From an uncultured Rhabdochlamydiaceae bacterium (GTDB lineage Bacteria > Chlamydiota > Chlamydiia > Chlamydiales > Rhabdochlamydiaceae): 64,000 bases of DNA. The stretch is from the NCBI GenBank assembly GCA_963712275.1, contig CAVQHD010000001.1, positions 608,001 to 672,000 of the forward strand, in the 5' to 3' direction. The position numbers and the translations under genes were made by a program. Each line of letters opens with the position of its first letter. The stretch's first letter is position 1. A model generated the notes under the pieces. The model searched no databases and was not told the DNA's origin. It was given only the letters and a program-made list of their open reading frames with translations. Shown here in pieces: positions 9,591-20,043 of this stretch.

Positions 9591-11064
9591 CTTGAGGTAC
9601 AAAGTTAATCAAAGCATCGAGTTGAGAAGCATGAACATGATAGTGCTCTAGCGGTTTTATGTCGAGTTTTAATCCACTGAGAAAAATGGTCAGAAGCTCT
9701 TCTGACGTGTATCGTTCTGAAAGACGTTCGGTTGGGATATGGACAACCTTTGAAGTATCATAGTAAATCCCGACTCCACTCAGCTTTGCCTTGAGATTCC
9801 ATAAGCTATCCAGTGACCTCGGGTGGATAAATTTGAGCGAAGTCAAAAACCCTTTAATATCTTTTTTCCTGTAGAGGGTTAGATCGGTATTGTAGGGGTG
9901 CTTCCACTCTCCTTTGCCTACAGAGAATTGCCATGCAAAAGCCTTCTCATGGACTGAAATGGAGGGAAGGTCTTCTAAATCTCGCCCTAGATGATAAAAA
10001 ATGCCGACAGCCCCTGTTTTTTCCATATCATCGATCCCTTCTTGGACATCGATAAAGTCTCGAACAACCATATTATCAACTGCAAAGGCGACATAGGCAT
10101 TAGGAGATTCAAATGCAGCTTGTAGGAGAAGAGGTTTAAAATCTTTCTCTGGAAAGTCTCCTTGCTTGAGATATTTCACATGAGGGAACCGTTTCATCAC
10201 AAGCTCATACCCTTTTTCATAGGCAGGTGATGAGACCCTGTAAATGACAGAGATGTGGTCGACGGAAGAGACGAACTGATGAACCGATTCCAAAAATGCG
10301 TGAAGTTGAAGCGGCTTGTTATAGGAGAGAACCACAAGATCTAAGCGAGCAGTCGGGTCAACTTTTCCGGGGTTATAACGGGGATAGGGTTTTCTAGAGC
10401 GGGCAATCCAGGAATAGCCATAACTTTTTCCTTCGATAAAGTGCCCCCTCAGGCGCCGGACATGCCGGCCGGCAAGTTCAAAAAGACGATTTTCCGGTTT
10501 GCAATTTTCAGAAAAGGCGCCCATCTCTAAAAAATCTTGCAGTTTGATCTTTTGAAACAGCGTTGCATATCCGGTCAGCACGCCATTTTGAGCCCATTTT
10601 TTAATATCTCCTTGAAAGGCCAGCCACGCGGAAGATCCTTCATAGAGCTCTTTAAGGCGGCTCAGCGCAGTGATATCAAGAGACTCTGTCGCGGGGAAGA
10701 GCACGATAATATCTTTCGAGGGGATCGAATGAATCCATCGATAAAAAAGTTCTTGCGGACCGCTGCCGTCGCAGAGTTTAACAAAGCGGTTCGGGAACTT
10801 GTCAATCCACACTTGAACATCTGGGTAAGAGGCTTCTTCTGCTGTGATCGCAACTCGAAACAAAGAATAGGTTTGTTGTGACAGACTGATAAACTTTTTT
10901 TCTCGAGCCTGGGCGTCAGCAGTTGGGGTAGAAAAAATTTGAAAAAACGGAAGTTCTTTAGCAGCATAGGTGCTACAGGACGAGTCTTGTCTCCACCCTA
11001 TCCATAGAAGCGCAGCGCCGGCTAGCAAGATCGCCATTCCGATCAAGGTCCATCTTTTTTTCAC
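9574..11064 (-). CDS. N-terminally anchored GT-A-like glycosyltransferase
   Basis: N-terminal TM; C-terminal half VVLSYNKPLQLHAFLES...FAVDNM resembles GT2-like proteins; operonic with the GT32 pair. Confidence 0.55.
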   Translation of the reverse strand: MKKRWTLIGMAILLAGAALLWIGWRQDSSCSTYAAKELPFFQIFSTPTADAQAREKKFISLSQQTYSLFRVAITAEEASYPDVQVWIDKFPNRFVKLCDGSGPQELFYRWIHSIPSKDIIVLFPATESLDITALSRLKELYEGSSAWLAFQGDIKKWAQNGVLTGYATLFQKIKLQDFLEMGAFSENCKPENRLFELAGRHVRRLRGHFIEGKSYGYSWIARSRKPYPRYNPGKVDPTARLDLVVLSYNKPLQLHAFLESVHQFVSSVDHISVIYRVSSPAYEKGYELVMKRFPHVKYLKQGDFPEKDFKPLLLQAAFESPNAYVAFAVDNMVVRDFIDVQEGIDDMEKTGAVGIFYHLGRDLEDLPSISVHEKAFAWQFSVGKGEWKHPYNTDLTLYRKKDIKGFLTSLKFIHPRSLDSLWNLKAKLSGVGIYYDTSKVVHIPTERLSERYTSEELLTIFLSGLKLDIKPLEHYHVHASQLDALINFVPQDETRH

Positions 11065-11099
11065 AAAGCCTCCACCTAATTATTTTTTTTTAGGATACC

Positions 11100-11261
11100 T
11101 AAAGGGGGTTTACAAAACCAGGTTTCGTCGCTTTTTGAGCCAATTTTCGCTTTATTTGGTGGGGGTAATATACGAAGTTGATTAACCCCCACCAAATAAA
11201 GCGAAAATTGGCTCAAAAAGCCCCAAAAAACGACAGAAACTGGCTTTGTAAACACCCTTTA
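11100..11261. repeat. Palindromic MITE-like element (core family A)
   Basis: Long inverted repeat around loop AATATACGAAGTTGATTA, TA at both ends. Core is shared with 36132 and 52789. Confidence 0.85.
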
Positions 11262-11352
11262 AGATGTCCATTTTAATGAATGGGTAGAGAGCATTTCTTG
11301 CATAAAATGGCGGTTTAATGATATCAACCACTCAACTATTGTTTGTAAAAAA

Positions 11353-13860
11353 ATGAAAAAAGCCCTTGTTGTTGTTGAATCTCCAGCTAAAATCAAAACA
11401 CTTAAAAAAATTCTGGGGCCTCGGTATGCCGTGGAATCGTCTGTTGGGCACATCCGTGATTTGCCTCGGAAGGGGTTTGGTATCAATATTAAGGATGATT
11501 TTGAGCCTGAGTATGTCCTTCTAGAAGAGAAAAAAGAGGTCATTGAGCGGCTTAAAAAAGCAGCCAAAGAAGCAGAGATGGTCTACCTATCCCCCGACCC
11601 TGATCGAGAGGGAGAAGCGATTGCATGGCATATTAAGTCGATTTTGCCTGCAAAAACAAAAGTCAAACGCGTCACGTTCAATGCGATTACCAAAGAAACC
11701 GTCCTTGAAGCTCTTAAACACCCGCGTGATATTGATCAGGCGCTTGTCGATGCTCAGCAGTCGCGTCGATTGTTAGATCGGATCGTTGGCTATAAAATTT
11801 CTCCGATTTTAACGCGTCGTGTTCAAGGAGGCAAGCAAGGGGGGCTGTCAGCAGGTCGCGTGCAGTCGGTTGCTCTTAAACTCGTCGTCGATCGAGAAAA
11901 AAATATCGAAGCTTTTATTCCAGTTGAATATTGGTCGATTTTTGTCAATTTTCAAGCAAAAAAACAAGACTCTCCTTTTGTTGCGACCCTTTTTTCAGTT
12001 GATGGGAAAAAAATTGAGAAAGAAAGCATCGAAGGAAAAGATGTTTTTTTAATTCCCAATGAAAAAGTTGCAAAATCTCTTGTTTCAAGATTGAAATTGT
12101 CTCAATTTAAAGTGATCGATGTTGAAAAAAAAGAAAGAAGGCGCAACCCAGTCGCTCCCTTTATTACATCCACGCTCCAGCAAGAAGCGAGCCGCCATTT
12201 TGGGTTTTCTGCAACCCGAACTATGAATATTGCTCAAACTCTATATGAAGGGGTCGAGCTCGGGCAGGAAGGATCCGAAGGGCTGATTACCTACATGCGT
12301 ACAGATTCTGTCCGGATCTCCCCAGAGGCGATCAGTGCTCTTCGAGAGTATATTGTTAAGACATATGGAAAAGAGTACCTTCCGGAAGAGGTACGTATTT
12401 TTTCCACTAAAAAAAACGCCCAGGATGCTCACGAAGCCATCAGACCAACCAGTCTGCAATATGCTCCAGAAAAAATTCAGAAATATTTGAACTCTGATCA
12501 ACAGAAGCTTTATACTCTGATCTGGAGACGATTTATTGCTTCGCAAATGAACCCAGCGGTTTACGACACGGTCTCATGTGATATTGAAGCAAGTCAAAAA
12601 ATGGTCTTAAGAGCCACAGGTTCTGTCATCAAATTTTCCGGATTTTTAGCTGTTTACGAAGAGAAACAAGATCGTGCGTCCGAGGGGGATAAAAAAGAGG
12701 ATGAAGATAAATTGCTTCCTCCTCTTATTATTGGTCAATCCTTGACGCCTCTCAGCATCACCCCGGAGCAATCATTTACCAAACCCCCTCCACGGTTCAC
12801 AGAGGCATCTCTTGTAAAAGAGCTGGAGAGGCTAGGCATCGGCCGTCCCTCTACCTATGCAACCATCATGCAAAAAATTCAGAGCCGGGACTACACAGTC
12901 AAAGACAAGGGAGCCTTAAAACCAACCGAGCTCGGGTGTGTGATTGCTCGGATGCTTGAAGACAACTTTAAACTCATTATGGATGTCGGCTTCACAGCAA
13001 CCATGGAAGATGCGCTTGAGCTCGTGGCAGAAAATAAAATTCAATGGAAAGAGCTCCTTTCCGAATTTTGGAAAGAGTTCATTCCCACGGTGGAAAATGC
13101 TGAAAAAGAGGCATTTGTTCCTAAAGTTTTAACAGATCTTAAATGCCCTAAATGCAGCCATAAACTTCAAAAGATTTGGTCTCGCAATAAATATTTCTAC
13201 GGCTGCTCCAATTATCCTGATTGTGATTACACAGCTCCTATTGAAGCGCTCGACTTTAAGAAGGAAGATTATGCGCCCGGCTTCGATTGGGATCAGCCGT
13301 GTCCCAAGTGTCAAAGTTCCATGAAGCTCCGATTTGGACGGTTCGGCCCCTTCCTTGGCTGCGAGAATTACCCCAAGTGTAAAGGGATCGTCAACATTCC
13401 GAAAAAAGGGGAGCCGCTTCCCGCTGAGATGCCCTCCTGCCCCGCCGTCGGGTGCGATGGGAAAATGACCCAGCGGCAATCCCGTTTTGGAAAGCCATTT
13501 TTCTCGTGCACCAACTATCCCGACTGCGATGTGATTGTCAATTCCTTAGATGATCTAGAGACCAAGTATGTCAACCACCCAAAAACTCCCTACGTCAAAA
13601 AAACCAAGGGAGGCAGGTGGGGTAAAAAAGGGGGCGCTCTCTCCATCTCGGATGAACTAAAAGCTGTCGTCGGAGAAGAAGTCGCATCCCGCGGCGATGT
13701 CACTAAAAAAATCTGGGAGTACATCAAAAAGCACAAGCTTCAGGATCCTAAAAACAAGCGGCAGATCGTTCCTGACGCAAAGCTAGCTAAAGTGTTTGGT
13801 TCAAAAAAATCGATCGACATGATGCAGCTCGCCAGAGTCCTAGCTCCTCACTTCAAATAG
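11353..13860 (+). CDS. topA: DNA topoisomerase I with zinc ribbons and C-terminal SWIB domain
   Basis: [42 protein letters not shown]-terminal [15 protein letters not shown] (SWIB). Confidence 0.97.
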   Translation: MKKALVVVESPAKIKTLKKILGPRYAVESSVGHIRDLPRKGFGINIKDDFEPEYVLLEEKKEVIERLKKAAKEAEMVYLSPDPDREGEAIAWHIKSILPAKTKVKRVTFNAITKETVLEALKHPRDIDQALVDAQQSRRLLDRIVGYKISPILTRRVQGGKQGGLSAGRVQSVALKLVVDREKNIEAFIPVEYWSIFVNFQAKKQDSPFVATLFSVDGKKIEKESIEGKDVFLIPNEKVAKSLVSRLKLSQFKVIDVEKKERRRNPVAPFITSTLQQEASRHFGFSATRTMNIAQTLYEGVELGQEGSEGLITYMRTDSVRISPEAISALREYIVKTYGKEYLPEEVRIFSTKKNAQDAHEAIRPTSLQYAPEKIQKYLNSDQQKLYTLIWRRFIASQMNPAVYDTVSCDIEASQKMVLRATGSVIKFSGFLAVYEEKQDRASEGDKKEDEDKLLPPLIIGQSLTPLSITPEQSFTKPPPRFTEASLVKELERLGIGRPSTYATIMQKIQSRDYTVKDKGALKPTELGCVIARMLEDNFKLIMDVGFTATMEDALELVAENKIQWKELLSEFWKEFIPTVENAEKEAFVPKVLTDLKCPKCSHKLQKIWSRNKYFYGCSNYPDCDYTAPIEALDFKKEDYAPGFDWDQPCPKCQSSMKLRFGRFGPFLGCENYPKCKGIVNIPKKGEPLPAEMPSCPAVGCDGKMTQRQSRFGKPFFSCTNYPDCDVIVNSLDDLETKYVNHPKTPYVKKTKGGRWGKKGGALSISDELKAVVGEEVASRGDVTKKIWEYIKKHKLQDPKNKRQIVPDAKLAKVFGSKKSIDMMQLARVLAPHFK

Positions 13861-13861
13861 T

Positions 13862-14017
13862 ATGCCGCTCAAGAAAGGAAAGAGCCCTAAGATTATCTCC
13901 GACAATATCCGGGAGCTCATTGCCGCAGGCCATCCCCAAAAACAAGCCGTAGCAATTGCCTTGAGCGAGGCGCGCCGGTCAGGCAGCAAAGCGCGGAGAA
14001 AGAAGAAAAAGAGCTAG
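13862..14017 (+). CDS. Small basic protein, DUF6496-like (51 aa)
   Basis: Manual translation [51 protein letters not shown]; below the ORF-track cutoff. Confidence 0.8.
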   Translation: MPLKKGKSPKIISDNIRELIAAGHPQKQAVAIALSEARRSGSKARRKKKKS

Positions 14018-14034
14018 AGCAGCGGAGTAAATAG

Positions 14035-14526
14035 ATGGAAACAAAAAGAATGAAACGATTCACTTACGAAGGCTTGGGATTTCCTGTTACTTTGATCAAT
14101 GTCTCTCTAGTGAAAAAGAGAGGCATTTGGACACCAGCTATCGATTATAACAAGTTGCAAAAAGAGGTGCTTTTAGCATTAACTCATAAGCGTGTTGGGT
14201 TGACAGGGAATGAGATCCACTTTGTCCGTACTTATTTCGAGATGACACTTGAGAGTTTTGGAAAACATTTTGGTATCACGCATGCTGCTGTTTTAACCTG
14301 GGAGAAAATGGGCGACAAGCCAGCAAAAATTAATCCAACTACAGATCTCTGTGTTCGTCTATTTATTCTCGAGAAATTGAATATGAGTAACCAAGTTTTC
14401 CGAGATGCTTTTCGAGAATTTGACATTGAAGGTATTGCTAAGGCTTTCAAGACGTCTTCCCTCAAAACCAGACCAGTTACACTACCTGGTGCACATGTTG
14501 CAAAGCGCTTATATGCGCGTGCTTAA
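14035..14526 (+). CDS. XRE-type HTH protein (antitoxin-like)
   Basis: LTGNEIHFVR..FEMTLESFGKHFGITHAAVLTWE helix-turn-helix. Confidence 0.7.
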   Translation: METKRMKRFTYEGLGFPVTLINVSLVKKRGIWTPAIDYNKLQKEVLLALTHKRVGLTGNEIHFVRTYFEMTLESFGKHFGITHAAVLTWEKMGDKPAKINPTTDLCVRLFILEKLNMSNQVFRDAFREFDIEGIAKAFKTSSLKTRPVTLPGAHVAKRLYARA

Positions 14527-14799
14527 CTGGTTGGCAGAGGTAAAAACAGCTTAGGGAGGGGGTTTTGCGCGCTCTCTCTAAATATTATTCCCGGCACGCA
14601 TCAGGGCGTTAACTTATAAAAAGCATGAAAAAAATCTGAAGGAACCACACAAGGCTCTTTAAAAAGTTTAACCCATTCCTTATGTACAGGATAGCTATTT
14701 TCAGAGTAGAAAATTCCGTCGTAAGGAACAGTTGTTTTTGTCCAACATTTAAAGTAAAAATAGGAGGACAATCGTTCAGCTTCATTAAAATATTCAATG

Positions 14800-16374
14800 G
14801 AGGGAATTGCAAAACTAGAAACGAAAAAGTGATTTTTCGGGGATAGTGAATGCAAACCGGTTGGCAGGCCCCGAAAAATCACTTTTTCGATTCCAGTCTC
14901 GTAATTTTAGATGTTTTATCCAAAAAATCTTCACTGTGAGAACAAGCGGGAGCCCATTTGATCATTGGCCAGAAGACTTTTTCACCCTACAGCAAGATTA
15001 CGTGACCAATTTCATCAATTGGTCGGCTGTCAATACCAACACGCCAAACATAAGATGGCACGCAACCTTACTAAGTCCGCGCACCCTGAGTTTGCAAGCA
15101 CCAAATTCGTCTTTCAGACGAGAATTGGTTCGTTCCGCAGCTGTCCTTTCATTATAACGCAGTGTTTCTGGGAAAATTAAATTCAGAGTTCTTCTTGCAA
15201 GACTTTCCGCTTCAAGGTCTTTTTTGAGCTGTTTGTCTGCTCTTGGATTCTTATCGATTAGGGGCTTGTGTCCGAGAGATTGGCTATGTGCGATAATACC
15301 TGGGATGTCGTAAGCGGCATCCATGAGGTCATAGCAGTTGATGATTCTCGTGGCAGTTAAAGTGGCCAGAGGAATTGCAACCTGACTGTCATGAACTGAA
15401 GCTGAAGTAACAATAGCGCTGACAGGGATGCCTCCGTCAATGGTATCTAAATGTAACTTGTAGCCAGTCCAGTACATTGTATTACCTTTGCTGTCTTTTT
15501 TAGCACCTTTGTCGCATGCTGTCGGTAAATCAGCCAGCATTTCTTCTAGCGTCATCGTTTTTTGTCTGTCTATGCGCGTAGGTTCGGGTTTGGCTCGTTT
15601 TTGGCCTTTTTTAGGGCGACCTTTTTTCTTTGGCTCCAATTCCTGATCCGGATCTTCACTGTTTTGCGTTGCCTTGTTCTTAGTTTTGGTTTGCGGCCGT
15701 TCTCGAGCCTCGATTGCGGTTGAATCGCGTGAATTATGCAAAACGACTTCGTTTTTCAATGTCTTTACAATCAGCGCCTCATGTGCGCGCTGAGGAAGCC
15801 CTGTTTTAGCAAACTCAGTGAAGGCTCTAGAAAAAGTAGCCTCACTAGGCAGTTCAGACAGAGATTCCCACCCACAAATACGTCGTAGGTTTTTATCGCT
15901 TTTCAAGCGATCAATCAAAAATGTTGTCGTATCGAGATTGTATACCATTTTAACAACGAATGATCTGGCAATTGCTGAACGTGTTTTTTGTGGGCGGCCC
16001 TCACATCCGTAATAGCAAGGAAGAAAGTCTTCGATGCGTACCACTTCCAAAATAGAAACCAATTGTTGCTGCTTTTCTGTCAGTGGATCGAGCTCTTCTT
16101 CTAACCAAGCGAAAAGAGAGCCTTGAATTTTTTCCCAATATTTTGATAAAGTGTCTGTCAGCTGACCCACGTGGTTTGCTCCTTGCTCTGATGTGATTGT
16201 TTGTCAGAAAGCTAATTATATCAGACGCAAGGTGTTTGTTAAAAGTGACTTGTGGTTGAAAATCGCAACGCTATTACAGAAATGACGAAAGGGAAGACTT
16301 TTTCGGAGTTGCTGTAGGTTTTGCTAAAACGGACCCGAAAAAGTCTTCCCTTTCGTTAGTTTTGCAATTCCCTC
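14800..16374 (-). mobile_element. Insertion sequence, IS1182/IS5-like DDE family, 1575 bp
   Basis: Terminal inverted repeats GAGGGAATTGCAAAACTA, 4-bp direct repeats AATG (14796-14799, 16375-16378), single transposase ORF. Confidence 0.9.
14998..16170 (-). CDS. DDE transposase
   Basis: ICGW...PSEATFSR, DSTAI, GYKLH, DAAY, RTAAERTNSRLK; GTG start with AAGGAG RBS. Confidence 0.92.
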   Translation of the reverse strand: MGQLTDTLSKYWEKIQGSLFAWLEEELDPLTEKQQQLVSILEVVRIEDFLPCYYGCEGRPQKTRSAIARSFVVKMVYNLDTTTFLIDRLKSDKNLRRICGWESLSELPSEATFSRAFTEFAKTGLPQRAHEALIVKTLKNEVVLHNSRDSTAIEARERPQTKTKNKATQNSEDPDQELEPKKKGRPKKGQKRAKPEPTRIDRQKTMTLEEMLADLPTACDKGAKKDSKGNTMYWTGYKLHLDTIDGGIPVSAIVTSASVHDSQVAIPLATLTATRIINCYDLMDAAYDIPGIIAHSQSLGHKPLIDKNPRADKQLKKDLEAESLARRTLNLIFPETLRYNERTAAERTNSRLKDEFGACKLRVRGLSKVACHLMFGVLVLTADQLMKLVT

Positions 16375-17351
16375 AATGATCATTTCAGGTTTCATTTCAT
16401 GAATACAGTCAATAGCCAAAAACAAGTCTGCACTATGATCAGGAAGTTTATTCAATTGGTCAGGTGTCAAAAAGATAATGTTCGATTCGAAGTACTCGTT
16501 TTCAATTTCTTTAAAAGTATTAAAGGGTCTAAATTTCATCACTTTTTTATCTGGGAAAACATCAGTCAAATATGTTTGACTTACATATAGAGCTGGAGGA
16601 AAATCAACGATGATGTATCTTAGATTTGGCAATAACTTTAAGAAACAAAACGCTGTTCTACCAGAGCCTGCTCCAATTTCAATGATTGTTGAGATTTCAT
16701 TGATAGGACAATTTTGAGAGATTGGAATAAATTCTAAAAGAGAATTACAAGCATCTTGCGAAACTCTTTTCCCATCGTATGTCACATAAGGTGGATTTCC
16801 GATAAGTGGCTCTTCCAGGGTTTTTAATAATTCTATTTTTCCAAGTTTTATAATGTAGTTAATAAAATATTCTGTTATAGCATTATACTTTAAGCTTTCT
16901 TCTGGGCTGAAAAACGGATGAACTTTGGAGATTTCTTTATGAGGTAGTCTTATTGTTAATTCTGGAACTTCTTTTTTCAAATTAGAAGCATAGGGATTTT
17001 CTATAGAAACAACCCATGTAAAATAATTTCTAGCGACTGTCTGTTTGAAATTTTGATATCCATAGGCAGAAATCTGTTGGATATTGTAGTTGTTAAGATG
17101 ATTCCAATAGTTTGATGAAAATCTTATAAGATTTGAAGAGATAAAATAATCTTCCATTTCTTTAAGACCAGATGGTAGCTGTTGATTAAGGCGATATAGT
17201 TGCCACCATTTTACAAACTCTTCGTTACTCATTCCTTCAAGGAAGGAAAACTGTAGGCATAGGAACAAAATGAAAACACTTAATTTTTTTCTCATTATTT
17301 TTATCGGGATAGGTTCATAGGTCAATTTTATATCAATTTAATTTTTTTCAA

Positions 17352-18674
17352 TCAATCTTGGAGATGATTTGCTCCACGTATCGAGAAACTTTTAAGCCGA
17401 TACAGATACCCATAAACGACGGCAGCATGGATCCAGATATAAGGACGGAAAAGCCCTTGGTTCATTTGCAGGGCAATCACCATGACGATCAGAGAGAAAA
17501 ATAATGCAATGGCCGTTTTTTTTGAGAAAGCATCGATCGAGATATCTTCTATGACATCTCGAAAAGTGTGATGAAATAGGGCTGCAAGAGAGATAAAAGC
17601 AATTAGGCCAATGAGGCCTAAGCTAGCGAGGATTTCAGTGAGGCAATTCGTAGGATCATGCGCTTCAAATTCTTCAAGAGTTGTGATTTTTAAGTCGTAG
17701 AGTGATTCTTTTTGAAAGAGATAGGGTCCCACGCCTCCTAGTCCAACTCCAAGAAGCGGGTGGGTTAAAAACACCTTCGTGCTTGCAACGATTCCATCCC
17801 ATCTTGCCACAAATGAAAGGTGTTCAATTCCAAAATAGAAAAATTTGAAAAGAGAGTGGAGGGTGATCTCATAAAAAAGAGCTGTAAAGAGTCCAACAGA
17901 AAGGGAAAAGGCAAGGATTGCTTTCTTAAGATTTTTCCAAAGAAGTGATTGAAAAGAGCGAAGGAATTTAGTGAAGGTAGCAAATAAGACAACTCCGAAA
18001 AAAACAGGGTAAGAGACGATGAGCCCTGTGGAAGTTGAGACAGCCAGCAGCATATTCTGCCCGAATAATTTTAAAGATTTAAATCGGAGGCGGCCCTCTT
18101 GTAGAAGGAAGATTCCATTGTGGAACATCACGTAGGGAACCATGTAAAGGGCGTAGTAGGAAGGCTCATAGGTCCAAGCCTGCCCTCTTGCAAGCGATCC
18201 AATTTTCTGCAGAGTAAAGGGGGCGTAGATCCCAAAAATAGATAGACCAACCTGAAGTGCTGCATAGAGACCAACGATCAGAAAAGAGCCCCAGTAAATT
18301 CGAAAAAATCGGTTGAGATCAATTGTTTGGAGAATTTGAAAGGGAAGGAAAAAATAGAATCCAAAATTGAGAAGGTAAACACCGATATAACCTAAGGAGC
18401 GAGCCTTTGCAACGCTGCATAAAGCTGAAATGGCAAGAGAGCCTAGAATGAGAAGTGAGGGTTTAAGAAGAGGGCGGGGAAAACTCCATGGTTTTCTCTC
18501 AAGAAAGATCCATCCAAGCAAAAGAAGCGCTACAAGATGGCCGATTTTGGGTTTAAAGACTCCTACAACGGCATGAAGCTGCTCTCCTGAGGAAGAAAGG
18601 AAATAAAAAAATAAGAGAAGCGAAAAGCAGACTTCGCTAAACAAGAGTCTATGCTTGCGAAGCAGTACGTCCAT
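17352..18674 (-). CDS. O-antigen ligase/polymerase-like membrane protein (WaaL/Wzy-like)
   Basis: About 10-12 TM helices, EPSYYA, R-W...HPLLGVGLG, L.EILASLGLIG; located in the polysaccharide locus. Start codon is uncertain. Confidence 0.7.
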   Translation of the reverse strand: MDVLLRKHRLLFSEVCFSLLLFFYFLSSSGEQLHAVVGVFKPKIGHLVALLLLGWIFLERKPWSFPRPLLKPSLLILGSLAISALCSVAKARSLGYIGVYLLNFGFYFFLPFQILQTIDLNRFFRIYWGSFLIVGLYAALQVGLSIFGIYAPFTLQKIGSLARGQAWTYEPSYYALYMVPYVMFHNGIFLLQEGRLRFKSLKLFGQNMLLAVSTSTGLIVSYPVFFGVVLFATFTKFLRSFQSLLWKNLKKAILAFSLSVGLFTALFYEITLHSLFKFFYFGIEHLSFVARWDGIVASTKVFLTHPLLGVGLGGVGPYLFQKESLYDLKITTLEEFEAHDPTNCLTEILASLGLIGLIAFISLAALFHHTFRDVIEDISIDAFSKKTAIALFFSLIVMVIALQMNQGLFRPYIWIHAAVVYGYLYRLKSFSIRGANHLQD

Positions 18675-20043
18675 AGACATCCTCAAAACGGACGATATCA
18701 TCTTCTCCGGTATATTCACCGACCTGAACTTCAATCATTTCCAAGGGAACTTTGCCCGGGTTCTCAAGGCGGTGAAGCGTCGATTTGGGAACGTAGATGC
18801 TCTCGTTTTCATGGAGTAGTTTTTCTTCTGCACCGATAGTCACATTGGCTGTTCCGCTCACTACAATCCAATGTTCGCTTCGGTGGTAATGGAGCTGCAG
18901 ACTGAGCTTGTGCCCTGGATGAACAACAATTCTTTTCACCTTAAACCGGGGGCCTTCTTCTAAAATCGTATATTGTCCCCAGGGGCGGATCATTGTCGAG
19001 GGGTCCTGCACCTCCTTGGTTTGCATTTTTTTGAGTTCTTCAACGAGTGCTTTAACTCTCTGAGATTCTCCTTTTTTCCCTAGAAAAAGAGCGTCGTCGG
19101 TTTCGACGATAATGAGATCTTCAAGCCCCACGGTAGAGATGAGTCTTTTCCCTCCATAAATCAAACTATTCTTGGTGTCGATATCATACACATTTCCGAT
19201 CTTGACATTTTGATTTGTGTCTTTGTCTAAGGTATCAAAAACACTATCCCATGACCCCAAATCAGACCACCTGAGGAGAAGAGGAATCACTACAATATTC
19301 GAGCTTCTCTCCATGACAGCATGATCGATGGAAATCGATTTTAAAGAGGCAAAGTGCTCTCTAAGCTCTGGGTAGGCAAGGAGCATGCCAGGCGCTAGCT
19401 CAGGAGTGTGCTCTTTAATCTTCTCAAAAAGAGTCCGGGCTGTGAAAGCAAAGACGCCGCTATTCCACAGATAATTGCCGCTCTCAAGATACTCTCTAGC
19501 AACCTCCAAAGATGGTTTTTCAACAAATTGCACAACACGATGAAGAAGTCCTTCTTTTTTCACATGTAGATACCCATAACCCGTCTCTGGTTTATCAGGC
19601 GCTGCTCCAAAGGTGACAATCGACCCCTCCTGCGCCCTCACATCGGCTTCTGTGAGTAAATCAAGAAACATCTCTTCAGAGTCCATCACCTGATCGGAGG
19701 GAGTGATGAGAAGAGTTTCATCTAAGCAGACATTTTCGACATCGACCAAGTACTTAGCGGCCAAAAGAATGGCAGGCCCTGTATTTTTGCGGACAGGTTC
19801 AACCAAGATTCTGTGTTCTAGATGAGGGTGCAGAGCTATCCCCTGGCTTCGCACCAGCTGATAACACTCAGGGCTTGTCACAATCAAAAGATCTTCGGGA
19901 GGGTGATCTTTTAAGAACCGGAGAATAGTCCGCTCAAGGAGCGAGTGCTCATTCCCAATTTTTAAAAACTGCTTAGGAAAAGAGTCCCGCGAGAGCGGCC
20001 ATAGACGGGTTCCGCTACCCCCGGCAAGAATGACGATTTTCAC
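18649..20043 (-). CDS. manC: Mannose-1-phosphate guanylyltransferase/mannose-6-phosphate isomerase
   Basis: ILAGGSGTRLWPLSR..PKQF, FVEKP, WSDLGSW, cupin RPWG...SLQLHYHRSEHW. Confidence 0.95.
   Translation of the reverse strand: MKIVILAGGSGTRLWPLSRDSFPKQFLKIGNEHSLLERTILRFLKDHPPEDLLIVTSPECYQLVRSQGIALHPHLEHRILVEPVRKNTGPAILLAAKYLVDVENVCLDETLLITPSDQVMDSEEMFLDLLTEADVRAQEGSIVTFGAAPDKPETGYGYLHVKKEGLLHRVVQFVEKPSLEVAREYLESGNYLWNSGVFAFTARTLFEKIKEHTPELAPGMLLAYPELREHFASLKSISIDHAVMERSSNIVVIPLLLRWSDLGSWDSVFDTLDKDTNQNVKIGNVYDIDTKNSLIYGGKRLISTVGLEDLIIVETDDALFLGKKGESQRVKALVEELKKMQTKEVQDPSTMIRPWGQYTILEEGPRFKVKRIVVHPGHKLSLQLHYHRSEHWIVVSGTANVTIGAEEKLLHENESIYVPKSTLHRLENPGKVPLEMIEVQVGEYTGEDDIVRFEDVYGRTASQA

Larger units (their letters stand above)
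14601..17295 (-). pseudogene. Putative sugar O-methyltransferase, interrupted by IS
   Basis: IIEIGAGSGR SAM motif. Removing 14800-16374 and one AATG rejoins ...HEMKPEMII to EYFNEAERLSSYFYFKCW... in frame. Confidence 0.85.

Noticed and set aside
11353..13860. TopA-SWIB fusion (and the double-length ThyX at 37495-39141) as novelties
   Set aside because: Both are established chlamydial traits, used here only as taxonomic evidence.
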